Source of the DNA: an uncultured Actinomycetes bacterium
Lineage (GTDB): Bacteria > Actinomycetota > UBA4738 > HRBIN12
Reading direction: 5' to 3'
Assembly (NCBI GenBank): GCA_963826185.1
Contig: CAWGVY010000002.1
Location: 18,705 to 82,704, forward strand
DNA length: 64,000 bases
Within the stretch, counting starts at the first letter, position 1; each line of letters opens with the position of its first letter. Below, piece by piece: positions 46,056 to 55,407 of the stretch. The notes under the pieces are model-generated. The model had not been told where the DNA came from. It searched no databases and worked only from the letters and a program-made list of their open reading frames with translations. Position numbers and translations under genes: made by a program.

Positions 46056-47245
46056 GCGCGAACGGGCAGCCGGGTCGCGAGGGCGAGATCCAGGTGGAGC
46101 GTTGCACGAAACGTTTCGGCGACGTGACGGCGGTGAACGACGTATCGATCACGATCCCGGGCGGAGAGTTCTTCTCGATGCTGGGACCGAGCGGGTGCGG
46201 GAAGACCACCACGTTGCGGATGATCGCCGGGTTCGAAACGCCGGACGAGGGCCGGATCCTTCTGCAGGGGCAGGAGGTCACGCACGTCCCGCCCGCGAAG
46301 CGCAACGTCAACATGGTGTTCCAGGCCTACGGGCTGTTCCCGCACATGACGGTCGCGCAGAACATCGCGTTCGGCCCGAAGATCAAGAAGCTGCCGCGCC
46401 AGGAGGTCGCCGAACGTCTGATCGAGATCCTGAGGGTCGTGCGGCTGGAGGGATACCAGGACCGCCGCCCCGGACAGCTCTCGGGGGGGCAACAGCAGCG
46501 TGTGGCCCTGGGTCGTGCCCTGATCAACCGCCCCGCCGCGCTCCTGTTGGACGAGCCCCTGGGAGCGCTGGATCTGAAGCTTCGCAAGGAGATGCAGCTG
46601 GAACTCAAGGATCTGCAGCAGCGCACCGGCACCACGTTCGTCTACGTCACGCACGATCAGGAGGAGGCGATGACGATGTCCGATCGCATCGCCGTCATGA
46701 ACGGTGGCGTGGTGGAACAGCTCGCCACGCCTCGCGAGCTCTACCAGCGCCCCGCTTCGGCCTTCGTAGCCGGGTTCATCGGGACGTCGAACCTGATCGA
46801 ACTGCGGGTCGACCGGCGCGAGGACGGGCTGCTGACCATGGATCTCGGCGGAGGCCAGCGGATCCTGGCGATCGACCCCGAGGCCTCGCCGGGCGCCCCC
46901 GGCGTCGACGCTCACGCCACCATCACCGTGCGTCCGGAGTGGATCAAGGTGGCGAGTGGTGACGTCGGGATCGGCGACTCCCAGGTGACCGGCACGGTGG
47001 TCGACGTCGTCTACCTGGGGTCGGTGACCCAGCTGATCGTGTTGCTCCCGACGGGAGAGCAACTCACCGTGCACCGCCTGAACGACGAGGTCGGCGCCGA
47101 GGACCCGACGCCGGGTCGACAGGTGACCGTGCACTGGGCGGCGGAGCACAGCTACGTGGTGGGATCGTCCGTGGGCGTGCCCGCGGCCTCGGAAGACCCC
47201 ACCCACGGCGGGGGCGGCCAGGCGGCCGCCCCCGCCACCACCTAG
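46052..47245 (+). CDS. PotA-type ABC ATPase
   Basis: ATG 46052 (ATGA overlap). This is the last 397 codons of the chimeric track ORF 44318..47245. Walker A GPSGCGKTT, LSGGQQQRVALGRAL, LLLDEP, and a C-terminal TOBE-like domain. Confidence 0.9.
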   Translation: MSANGQPGREGEIQVERCTKRFGDVTAVNDVSITIPGGEFFSMLGPSGCGKTTTLRMIAGFETPDEGRILLQGQEVTHVPPAKRNVNMVFQAYGLFPHMTVAQNIAFGPKIKKLPRQEVAERLIEILRVVRLEGYQDRRPGQLSGGQQQRVALGRALINRPAALLLDEPLGALDLKLRKEMQLELKDLQQRTGTTFVYVTHDQEEAMTMSDRIAVMNGGVVEQLATPRELYQRPASAFVAGFIGTSNLIELRVDRREDGLLTMDLGGGQRILAIDPEASPGAPGVDAHATITVRPEWIKVASGDVGIGDSQVTGTVVDVVYLGSVTQLIVLLPTGEQLTVHRLNDEVGAEDPTPGRQVTVHWAAEHSYVVGSSVGVPAASEDPTHGGGGQAAAPATT

Positions 47246-47264
47246 AGGAGGAAGGACCGCAACC

Positions 47265-48599
47265 ATGTCCACCGACACCGGCTCCATGACGGCCGAGCAG
47301 ATCATCGAGGACTCCAAGCGCTTCACGCTGTTCGACTGGCAGGCGCAGTCGAAGGTGTCGCCGCTCGCGATCGATCGCGCCGAAGGTGTCTACATGTATG
47401 GCGTGGACGGCAGGCGCTGGATCGACTTCAGCTCGCAGCTCATGGGCGTCAACATCGGGCACGGGGACAAGCGCGTCACCGAGGCGATCGCGCGCCAGGC
47501 CGAGAAGCTCCCCTACGTCTCCCCGTTCCAGGCCTTCGAGGGCCGCGCGGTCCTTGGGCGCAAGCTCGCCGGGCTGTGGCCCGGGGACATCGAGAAGACG
47601 TTCTTCACCCTCGCCGGAGCCGAGGCTAACGAGAACGCCGTGAAGATCGCGAAGCTCGTCACGGGCCGCCAGAAGGTGCTGGCCCGCTACCGCTCCTACC
47701 ACGGATCGACGTTCGCCACGATGGCGATGACCGGCGATCCCCGACGGTGGCCCAACGAGGCACCGCCGATGCCGGGCGTGGTCCACGTGATGGACCCGTA
47801 CCACGGCCCCAAGCGTGGGTTCGACGATGCGCCCACCGCCCTGGCGTTGCTGGAGGAGACGATCGAATTGGAGGGCCCGCAGACGATCGCGTGCTTCATC
47901 CTGGAGCCGGTGACGGGGACGAACGGGATCCTGATCCCCCCGGATGGATACCTGCAAGGTGTGCGCGAACTCTGCACGGCCCACGGCATCCTGCTGATCG
48001 CCGACGAGGTGATGTGTGGATGGGGCCGAACGGGGGAATGGTTCGCGGTGAACCACTGGGACGTGGTACCGGACCTGATCACCACCGCCAAGGGACTCAC
48101 CTCCTCCTATGCTCCTCTGGGCGCCGTGGGGATGCGCCCGGAGCTGGCCGCCTACTTCGAGGACAACGTGTTCTGGGGCGGTCTCACCTACAACACGCAT
48201 CCCTTGGGCGTGGCCGCCGCGATCGCCGCGGTGCAGGTCCTGGAGGATGACGACCTCATCGGTAACGCGAAGCGGCTGGAACCTGTGATGCGCGCCCATC
48301 ACGAGGCGCTCGCGGCGAAGCACCCCAGCGTCGGGCGCTACCGCAACATCGGGCTGTTCGGGATCTTGGAGCTCGTGAAGGACCGCGAGACGATGGAACC
48401 GCTCAGTCCCTTCAACACCGTGAGCGAGCCGATGGCCGAGTTGAACCGGTTCCTGCTCGACAACGGACTCGCCACCTTCATCCGGTGGTGGAACGTGATG
48501 ACGAACCCACCGCTGTGCATCACCGAGGAGGAGCTGGCGGAGGGCTTCGAGATCATCGACCGGGCCTTGGAGATCTCCGACGCTGCCATGGAGTCGTGA
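47265..48599 (+). CDS. Class-III (omega) aminotransferase
   Basis: ORF 47265..48599(+), strong RBS GGAGGAAGG. ADEVMCGWGRTGEWF, TTAKGLTS (PLP-Lys) and GLTYNTHPLG. Confidence 0.85.
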   Translation: MSTDTGSMTAEQIIEDSKRFTLFDWQAQSKVSPLAIDRAEGVYMYGVDGRRWIDFSSQLMGVNIGHGDKRVTEAIARQAEKLPYVSPFQAFEGRAVLGRKLAGLWPGDIEKTFFTLAGAEANENAVKIAKLVTGRQKVLARYRSYHGSTFATMAMTGDPRRWPNEAPPMPGVVHVMDPYHGPKRGFDDAPTALALLEETIELEGPQTIACFILEPVTGTNGILIPPDGYLQGVRELCTAHGILLIADEVMCGWGRTGEWFAVNHWDVVPDLITTAKGLTSSYAPLGAVGMRPELAAYFEDNVFWGGLTYNTHPLGVAAAIAAVQVLEDDDLIGNAKRLEPVMRAHHEALAAKHPSVGRYRNIGLFGILELVKDRETMEPLSPFNTVSEPMAELNRFLLDNGLATFIRWWNVMTNPPLCITEEELAEGFEIIDRALEISDAAMES

Positions 48600-49477
48600 T
48601 GGGGGAGCGGATCGGGTTCATCGGCCTGGGGATCATGGGCAGGCCCATGGCCCTTCACCTGGTGGAGGCGGGCTACCCGCTCACGGTGCATTCGCGCAGC
48701 CCCGGCCCCGTGGACGAGTTGGTCGCGGCGGGGGCTGCGCGGGCCGAGGGGCCGGACGGCGTCGGCGCGGCGAGCGACATCGTGATCACGATGCTCCCCG
48801 ACACCCCGGATGTGGATCAGGTCCTGTTCGGGCAGGGCGGGGTCTCCGAAGGCCTCCAGGCGGGAAACCTGGTGATCGACATGAGCTCGATCGATCCGAT
48901 CCCCACGCGCGCGTTCGCCGAGCGCCTGGCGGAACGCGATGTGGCGATGCTCGACGCGCCGGTCTCGGGTGGGGAGAAGGGAGCCTTGGAGGCCACGTTG
49001 TCGATCATGGTGGGGGGCGCGGAGGAGTCGGTCACGCGGGCGATGCCCATCTTCGAGACCCTGGGGGCCAGCGTCGTGCACGTCGGGTCCTCGGGCGCCG
49101 GGCAGATCTGCAAGGCCTGCAACCAGCTGGTGGTCGCCGCCACGATCGAGGCGGTGGCCGAGGCGCTGGTCCTGGCCGAGCGCGCCGGGGTGGACCCGGC
49201 GAAGGTGCGCGAAGCCCTGATGGGAGGGTTCGCAGGATCCAAGATCCTGGAGGTGCATGGGCAGCGGATGCTGGACCGTGCGTTCGACCCGGGGTTCCGC
49301 GTGCGGCTGCATCGGAAGGACGCCAGGATCGTGATGGACGCGGCCGCGGAGGTGGGCGCGCCGGTGCCGTCGTTCACCATCGTGGCCGAGCAGTTCCAGC
49401 GCTTGATCGACCGAGGTGGCGGCGAGCTAGACCACTCGGGCTTGTTCACCCTCTTGGAGGCCGAACCGAGCCGCTGA
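48599..49477 (+). CDS. NAD(P)-dependent beta-hydroxyacid dehydrogenase (tartronate-semialdehyde / 3-hydroxyisobutyrate reductase family)
   Basis: ATG 48599 (TGATG overlap) within ORF 48485..49477: IGFIGLGIMGRPMA, DAPVSGG, GAGQICKACNQ. Confidence 0.85.
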   Translation: MGERIGFIGLGIMGRPMALHLVEAGYPLTVHSRSPGPVDELVAAGAARAEGPDGVGAASDIVITMLPDTPDVDQVLFGQGGVSEGLQAGNLVIDMSSIDPIPTRAFAERLAERDVAMLDAPVSGGEKGALEATLSIMVGGAEESVTRAMPIFETLGASVVHVGSSGAGQICKACNQLVVAATIEAVAEALVLAERAGVDPAKVREALMGGFAGSKILEVHGQRMLDRAFDPGFRVRLHRKDARIVMDAAAEVGAPVPSFTIVAEQFQRLIDRGGGELDHSGLFTLLEAEPSR

Positions 49478-49993
49478 GGTCACACCCGACGGCTCGCCGT
49501 ACATCCCGCGATCGGGCGCGCGGTCGGCCTCGAGGTCGCGATCGGAGTAGCCGTCGGTCGTCAGGGAGACCCGGATGCGCTTGCCGATGTGGAACCACCA
49601 GCGAGCGAACCGACAACCGATCACGTCGCCATGTTGGAGGGTCCCCGTTCTGGAGCCCCCGTGGCGGAGCGCGTGGACCTGGCAATCGAACCATCCGGCG
49701 CTCGCACCGTCGTACATGAGCTTCACGCGGTAGTCGACCCGGCGGTCGCCGACCGTGTCGAGTCGCCATCGCATCAGGGCGTAGGTGAAACGAGCGGATC
49801 CGAACCGAGTGAAGCCGACCGTGAGGGCCCGTCCGCCCCCGCTCCTGAACACATGGACGAACGCCCTTCGGATATCCAGCGCCGAGCGGACATCGTCGGG
49901 ATCGCGACCTCCGATACTGTACGCGGACGCCGGTGTCGGCGCGAGCAGGAGCATCGAGGCCAGCAGCGTCGCCATCACGGCTGCCTTCCTCAT
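49427..49993 (-). CDS. Secreted hypothetical protein
   Basis: ATG 49993 (ATGA overlap with the acyltransferase stop): MRKAAVMATLLASMLLLAPTPASA. Its 3' end overlaps the convergent dehydrogenase gene by 51 nt. Confidence 0.55.
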   Translation of the reverse strand: MRKAAVMATLLASMLLLAPTPASAYSIGGRDPDDVRSALDIRRAFVHVFRSGGGRALTVGFTRFGSARFTYALMRWRLDTVGDRRVDYRVKLMYDGASAGWFDCQVHALRHGGSRTGTLQHGDVIGCRFARWWFHIGKRIRVSLTTDGYSDRDLEADRAPDRGMYGEPSGVTSAARFGLQEGEQARVV

Positions 49994-51228
49994 CGGTGGT
50001 TCCCTCCTTCGGGTCCGTCCACGCTGCGTCTCGGCCGTTCGAACCGCCCGAAGACGAGCACCAGGCCGAACAGGATCACGCCCGGCACGATGAGCCACAG
50101 GGGTCGCTCCAGCCACCATCGCAGGGTGCTGTCGGTCTCCTGCCCGTATCCGAGGGGCCACAACAACAGGATCGCCAGCAGGTAGGCGGTCATGTGCCAC
50201 AGGAACAGGGTCATGATCACGCTGTTGATCGCGATCGTGAACCGCCACGGCCTGCGGTGGTCGAGCCATCGAGTGAGGCTCGGGCGCAGGAGCATCGCGG
50301 CGCCGATCGACCAGACCCCGCCCAGCAGGAAGCACAGGGTCGGCGGGTAGGCGTTCGACACGGCCTCGACGTCGGTGCCGAGCAGGCTCTTCGGATAGGT
50401 GCCGATCCCCGGGAACCAGGTGTGACGCACGTCGCCGAACAGCTGCCAGAAGGGCGGGTTCGTCAGCAGGACGAGTCCGGCGAGGCCGGCCGCCACCATC
50501 GCCCAGAAGGCTCGAGGTGGCCAACGCGTCATCCGCCCGTCGCCGTAGAGATGTCCCAGCTGATGGGGGAACAGGAGGACGAACACGACGTTGCACCACC
50601 GCACCAGCGGGTGTCCACCGATGAACCCGACAGCGTCCGAGACGACCGCACCCAGCAGCATCACGGCCGGCACCCACAGGCCGAACCGACGGTTCAGGGC
50701 GATCGTCCACGGGCTCACGATCGCCACGACCAGGTAGACCGCCAAGAACCACAGCGGCCCGAACGGGATCGTGGCGCCCGGGGGCAGAACGCCCCGGAGG
50801 AGGCGGGTCTCGCCCCACAGGGGTGGACCCGCCTGGGTGCCGACGTTGGCCAGGTGCAGGACGATCATCACGACGGCCCACACACCCAGGAACACCAAGG
50901 ATGGACGCAGCAGCCGGTCCAGCCGGCTTCGGATGAAGGCACCGGTGGTGGCCCCGCGCCGCTGGGAGGACTCGTACGCGACCTGGTTCGCATACCCGCC
51001 CACGAAGAAGAAGATCGGCATCACCTGCAGGAACCACGTCGCGAGCCAGAGCCAGGAGGTCTGACCGATGGCGCTGGTGCTGCGGACGAGACCGCCATCC
51101 CAGACGATCATGCCGATCATCCAGTGCCCCGCCACCACGGCCAGGATGCTGACGGCGCGGAGGAAGTCGACGTAGCGGTCACGCGTCGCCGGCGTGGCGG
51201 CGACCATCTCGTCGAGCCGGGCGGTCAT
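49990..51228 (-). CDS. Acyltransferase family 3 membrane protein (OafA/OpgC-like)
   Basis: ORF 49990..51228(-): RYVDFLRAVSILAVVAGHW, FFFVGGY, about 10 TM segments. Confidence 0.8.
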   Translation of the reverse strand: MTARLDEMVAATPATRDRYVDFLRAVSILAVVAGHWMIGMIVWDGGLVRSTSAIGQTSWLWLATWFLQVMPIFFFVGGYANQVAYESSQRRGATTGAFIRSRLDRLLRPSLVFLGVWAVVMIVLHLANVGTQAGPPLWGETRLLRGVLPPGATIPFGPLWFLAVYLVVAIVSPWTIALNRRFGLWVPAVMLLGAVVSDAVGFIGGHPLVRWCNVVFVLLFPHQLGHLYGDGRMTRWPPRAFWAMVAAGLAGLVLLTNPPFWQLFGDVRHTWFPGIGTYPKSLLGTDVEAVSNAYPPTLCFLLGGVWSIGAAMLLRPSLTRWLDHRRPWRFTIAINSVIMTLFLWHMTAYLLAILLLWPLGYGQETDSTLRWWLERPLWLIVPGVILFGLVLVFGRFERPRRSVDGPEGGNHR

Positions 51229-51390
51229 CGCGTCTCCCTCCCGTCAGGGTCTACTTCGCGAACCCGAACAGGTCAAGGAACCACCGCACGCCTCCTGACC
51301 AGGTACGCGCGCCTGCCGGAGCGAGCCGTGACTTGTGGGCATAGATCTGTCGTCGGACGACCCCGGGAACCCCGGTGGTAGCGTCCAGCC

Positions 51391-52146
51391 GTGCCCACCG
51401 TCGCAAGGATCAACGTCACGCCGGTGAAGTCCACGGCGCTGCACCACCCCGCGTCGGTTGAGCTCGAGACCACCGGGCCGGTGGGTGACCGCCGCTTCTT
51501 CTTCGTGGACGACGCTGGCGAACGGTTCGGCGGCGATGCCAAGGCGCCGCTGATGGTGGTGCAGGCATCCCTGGAGGGGGAACGGTTGGCGCTCCGGTTC
51601 CCGGACGGCCGCGTCGTCGAAGGGGTCGCGAGGCCCGATGGGACGGCGATCTCGGTGGACTACCTGGGCGAACCGGTGGGGGCCCACCTGGTGGGCGGCA
51701 CGTGGAGCCGGGACCTATCGGATCACCTTGGTCGGAGCCTCCACCTGGCGTACCTCGACGAGCCGGCGACCCTGGTCGACGAGCCGGTGACGATCGTCTC
51801 GCTCGCCTCGGTCGAGGAACTGGGACGCCAAGGCGGGAAAGACGATCTGGATGCGGATCGGTTCCGCATGACGTTCGAGCTGGACGGGTGTGAGCCTCAC
51901 GAGGAAGACACGTGGACGGGGCGGAGGATCGCGGTCGGTGACGCGGAGCTGGAGATCGGAACGGGGATCCCCCGTTGCGTGATCACCACCCTCGATCAGC
52001 GGACCGGGCGTCCGGACTTCCCCACCCTCAAGGTGATCGCCGGCTACCGGGATCCGCTCCCCGACCGTGAGATGCCCTTCGGGATGTATGCGACCGTGAC
52101 CCGTCCGGGAACGGTGAGCGTGGGCGACGCCGTCACGCCCGGTTAG
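51391..52146 (+). CDS. MOSC-domain protein
   Basis: ORF 51391..52146(+): beta-barrel N-domain plus MOSC core ...DRFRMTFELDG...GIPRCVITT... Confidence 0.75.
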   Translation: MPTVARINVTPVKSTALHHPASVELETTGPVGDRRFFFVDDAGERFGGDAKAPLMVVQASLEGERLALRFPDGRVVEGVARPDGTAISVDYLGEPVGAHLVGGTWSRDLSDHLGRSLHLAYLDEPATLVDEPVTIVSLASVEELGRQGGKDDLDADRFRMTFELDGCEPHEEDTWTGRRIAVGDAELEIGTGIPRCVITTLDQRTGRPDFPTLKVIAGYRDPLPDREMPFGMYATVTRPGTVSVGDAVTPG

Positions 52147-52478
52147 CTGCGTCCGGCGGGTTCCTTGGTGGCCCATCGCTCGGCCCACTGGCCGAGCTCG
52201 TCCATCACCTTCGACAGATCTCGACCCCGCTCGGTGAGGCCGTACGCGATCCGCACCGGGGTGTCGGGGGTGACGGTACGTGTCACGATGCCCCCAGCCT
52301 CCAACTCCTTGAGCCGCTCCGAGAGCAGGGCGTCGCTGATGTGGGGGATCGAGGACTTCAGATCCGAGAACCGGGTCACGCCCGCTTGCAAGGCACGCAC
52401 GAGCTGCGGGTTCCACCGCTTGCCGATCAGCTCGGCGGCCCGTTGGAAGTGCTCACAGATCGGGGATTCCTCGGCCAT
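52143..52478 (-). CDS. HxlR-family winged-helix transcriptional regulator
   Basis: ORF 52143..52478(-): CEHFQRAAELIGKRWNPQLVRAL...RFSDLKSSIPHISDALLSERLKELEAGGIV. Confidence 0.85.
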   Translation of the reverse strand: MAEESPICEHFQRAAELIGKRWNPQLVRALQAGVTRFSDLKSSIPHISDALLSERLKELEAGGIVTRTVTPDTPVRIAYGLTERGRDLSKVMDELGQWAERWATKEPAGRS

Positions 52479-52612
52479 CTCGTCATCCTAGTGCGCCAGT
52501 GATGAGGTACGGGAAGATGATGAACTAAGGAATACAGAGTACCTTGCCTCTCGTTAGTGACGTAGTAGGGCGCCGCTAGGGGCGGGGCCGCACGGTAGAA
52601 GGAGGCCATGCG

Positions 52613-53179
52613 ATGGCACAGGCAGTTCGCGAGATCCAGGGCGTCGAAGCGCCACCGGCAGGGACGTACGAGCTCGATCCGGGCCACACCACGGTGGAGT
52701 TCGTGGGACGTCACATGCTCTCGAAGACCCGAGGTCGCTTCACCGAGTTCTCAGGAACCGTCGTGATCGGAGACACGGTCGAGGCGTCCAGCGCGGAGGT
52801 CGAGATCCAGAGCGCCAGCATCCAGAGCAACCTGGAGCAGCGTGACAACCACCTGAGGAGCGGCGACTTCCTCTCGATCGAGGATCACCCCACCATCACG
52901 TTCGCGAGCACCGCCGTGCGGATCCTCGGCGGGAACGCCTTCGAGCTGGACGGCGACCTGACGATCAAGGGCACCACCAGGCCCGTCACGCTGACGGGCG
53001 AGTACCAGGGTTGGAGCCCGGACATGGAGGGCAAGCCCATGTTCGCCGCCTCCGCCAAGACCTCGATCGACCGCGAGGACTGGGACATGACCTGGAACAT
53101 GGTCCTGGAGACCGGTGGCCTGTTGGTCGGCAAGAAGGTCGATCTCGAGATCGAGGTCGAGGCCCACAAGGTCGCCTGA
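52613..53179 (+). CDS. YceI-family polyisoprenoid-binding protein
   Basis: ORF 52613..53179(+), GGAGG 7 nt upstream: YELDPGHTTVEF...RDNHLRSGDFL...GDLTIKGTTRPVTL. Confidence 0.85.
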   Translation: MAQAVREIQGVEAPPAGTYELDPGHTTVEFVGRHMLSKTRGRFTEFSGTVVIGDTVEASSAEVEIQSASIQSNLEQRDNHLRSGDFLSIEDHPTITFASTAVRILGGNAFELDGDLTIKGTTRPVTLTGEYQGWSPDMEGKPMFAASAKTSIDREDWDMTWNMVLETGGLLVGKKVDLEIEVEAHKVA

Positions 53180-53211
53180 CCCCGCATCGCACGGACGCTC
53201 GGGCTCGCGCC

Positions 53212-53817
53212 TCAGTCGATGGGGCGCGGGCCCGATGCTCCCGGTTCGTACGACGCCAGCTCGAACAAGGTCTCGTACTTCACGACCACGTCGTCGGCCG
53301 TCCACAGATCGGCCGTCCACCCGTCATCGAGGCTGGTGTAGGTCCACCGGGTGGCGACGAATCGGCCCGCCGGCGTTGCGACCGCTTCCTGCCCGTGGCG
53401 GTCGTAGCGCTGGCGGACCATCGTCGCCTCCAGCGTGACCGGAGCGAGGTAGACGACGTCGACGTCCGCGGTGGTCGTGAGTCGTCGGCAGGTGATCGCG
53501 TTGGTCGCGGGTGTGAAGTAGTCCAGGTGGGTCTGCGAACCGAACGGGATCTGGACCTCGACGCCGTCGCGGAAGCCGACGAGCGAGTCTCCCCGCGTCT
53601 CCAACAGCAGGTCGTGTGACCCAGTGTCTATCCGAACGCGCGCCACGCGCCAGGAAGCGTCCACCGCCACGTCCACGGTCTCGTGGTGCGGCTCGGGGTC
53701 CTCCGTCTGGATCTCCGCGAAGTAGCGCCACCCCATCGGGCCCGGCGCGCATCGGAAGTCCTCGCTCCCCACGACCGTTCCTTCGCCGTCGGACACCGTG
53801 TACCGACCCTGCGGCAT
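53212..53817 (-). CDS. DUF1089-like (putative glycolipid-binding) protein
   Basis: ATG 53817 within ORF 53212..54006(-): ...WRVARVRIDTG...DYFTPATNAITCRRL...VVKYETLFELAS. The pattern resembles PF06475-type proteins. Confidence 0.5.
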   Translation of the reverse strand: MPQGRYTVSDGEGTVVGSEDFRCAPGPMGWRYFAEIQTEDPEPHHETVDVAVDASWRVARVRIDTGSHDLLLETRGDSLVGFRDGVEVQIPFGSQTHLDYFTPATNAITCRRLTTTADVDVVYLAPVTLEATMVRQRYDRHGQEAVATPAGRFVATRWTYTSLDDGWTADLWTADDVVVKYETLFELASYEPGASGPRPID

Positions 53818-53818
53818 G

Positions 53819-54973
53819 TCAGCTCGCCGGCAAACCCAGGTCACGAGCCAGGATGAGCCGCTGGATCTCGCTCGTGCCCTCCCCGATCTCCAGGATCTTC
53901 GCGTCTCGGTAGAAGCGCGCCACCGGGAACTCCTCGATGTAGCCGTAGCCTCCGTGGATCTGGACCGCGTCGTTCGCCGAGGCCACCGCCGCCTCGCTGG
54001 CGACAAGCTTGGCGACGGACGCCTCCGCCGTGTGGGGCCGTCCCTGGTCCCGGAGCCAGGCCGCTCGGTACGTGAGGAGCCGCGCGGACTCCAGGCGGGC
54101 CCGCATGTCGGCGAGCTTCGCTTGGATCAGTTGGAACTCCCCGATGGTCTTGCCGAAGGCCGTGCGCTCCCCGGCATATCGAAGGCTGTGATCCAGGCAG
54201 GCTTGGATCAGCCCCACCGCGATCGCCGCCACGCTGATCCGCCCGCCGTCCAGCGCTTCCAGGGCGTGGGGGAAGCCGCGGCCGCGCGGGCCAAGGAGGT
54301 TCTCCTGCGAGACGCGGCAGTCCGTGAACGCCAGCTCATGCGTGTCGCAGGCGTGCCATCCCATCTTCCGGTACGGGGGCCCCACGGTGATCCCCTCCGC
54401 ATCGGCGGGGACCAGGATCGTGGATAGACCTCGTGGCCCGCCGCCCGGCTCGGTGGCCGCGGTCAGCACGTGCACGCCGGTGATCGGGGTGCCGCTGTTG
54501 GTGATGAAGGACTTCGTCCCGTCCAGGACCCAGGCGTCGCCGTCCACGCGCGCCGTCGTGGTCGCGGCGGCTGCGTCCGATCCCCCTCCCGGCTCGGTGA
54601 GCGCGAACGAACCCAGGATCTCGCCCCGCGCGATCCCGGGCAGCCAGCGGCCCCGTTGCTCGTCGGTCCCCAGACGCGCGATCATGCCGCCGGCCAGTCC
54701 TGACGACACCGACACCGTGATGGCCACCGACTGATCCGCACGCCCGAGCTCTTCCAGGGCCACGCAGTTCGTGAGCGTGCCGGCGTCCACTCCGCCGTAC
54801 GCCTCCGGCAGCGTGAGCCCGAAGAACCCGAGCTCGCCCATCTGGCGCACCACCTCGAGGGGGAACGTCTCCTCGCGGTCGTGACGCTCGGCCGCGGGTG
54901 TCACCACCTCGGTGGCGAACTCCCGGACGACGTCCCGCAGCTGCTGCTGCTCCGGCGAGAGGTCGAGATCCAT
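53819..54973 (-). CDS. Acyl-CoA dehydrogenase
   Basis: ORF 53819..54973(-): LTEPGGGSD, GWHACDTHE, GGYGY, and C-terminal EIGEGTSEIQR. Confidence 0.9.
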   Translation of the reverse strand: MDLDLSPEQQQLRDVVREFATEVVTPAAERHDREETFPLEVVRQMGELGFFGLTLPEAYGGVDAGTLTNCVALEELGRADQSVAITVSVSSGLAGGMIARLGTDEQRGRWLPGIARGEILGSFALTEPGGGSDAAAATTTARVDGDAWVLDGTKSFITNSGTPITGVHVLTAATEPGGGPRGLSTILVPADAEGITVGPPYRKMGWHACDTHELAFTDCRVSQENLLGPRGRGFPHALEALDGGRISVAAIAVGLIQACLDHSLRYAGERTAFGKTIGEFQLIQAKLADMRARLESARLLTYRAAWLRDQGRPHTAEASVAKLVASEAAVASANDAVQIHGGYGYIEEFPVARFYRDAKILEIGEGTSEIQRLILARDLGLPAS

Positions 54974-55407
54974 CAGATCTCCTCCGGACCGAAGCCTTCG
55001 ATGTCGAGCATGGACCCCACCCGATCCTCGCGCAGGCGCACCGAGACGCGCATGTCCACCGAGGGGGTCTCGACGTCCACCAGATCGTGCATCAGCACCG
55101 TGTCGGCGCCGTCCAGTTTCACCAGGGCGAGGGTCCGCGGCGGATCCAGCGGCTCACCGTCGATCCCGGACCGAGCCACCGTGTAGGACCACACGGTTCC
55201 TCCGGGGCCGCATTCGGTGTCGGCGGCGAGCTCGGCGAAGCAGCGTTCGCAGAAGATACGCGCGGGCAGGTAGGTGAGCTCGCAGGCAGTGCATCGGGAG
55301 CCGAGCATCACCCCCCGGTCTCGCAGCGCTTCGAGGAAGGCCGTGGTTCCCACCCCGGGCGTGTAGCGGAACCCGACGGGAAGCTCGCCTCGAACGGTGC
55401 GGGTCAC
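54973..55407 (-). CDS. Zn-ribbon / OB-fold protein (DUF35)
   Basis: GTG 55407 (GTGA overlap): ...CTACELTYLPARIFCERCF... followed by an OB-fold segment. The stop overlaps the ACAD start. Confidence 0.75.
   Translation of the reverse strand: MTRTVRGELPVGFRYTPGVGTTAFLEALRDRGVMLGSRCTACELTYLPARIFCERCFAELAADTECGPGGTVWSYTVARSGIDGEPLDPPRTLALVKLDGADTVLMHDLVDVETPSVDMRVSVRLREDRVGSMLDIEGFGPEEI

Noticed and set aside
44318-47245. 975-aa ORF, the longest in the track
   Set aside because: It is chimeric. The first roughly 580 codons read out of frame or alternately in frame across the potC- and potB-like genes and are Arg/Gly/Pro/His-rich. Only the last 397 codons (from ATG 46052) form the PotA-type ATPase.
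49933-51381. 482-aa plus-strand ORF, and similar large ORFs at 61887..63503(+), 39738..41066(-), 46019..47326(-), 47064..48323(-), 5284..6555(-), 9349..11013(-), 17192..18502(+)
   Set aside because: All are antisense to genes with clear family motifs. All have the Arg/Pro/Gly/His-rich composition of non-coding frames in GC-rich DNA.
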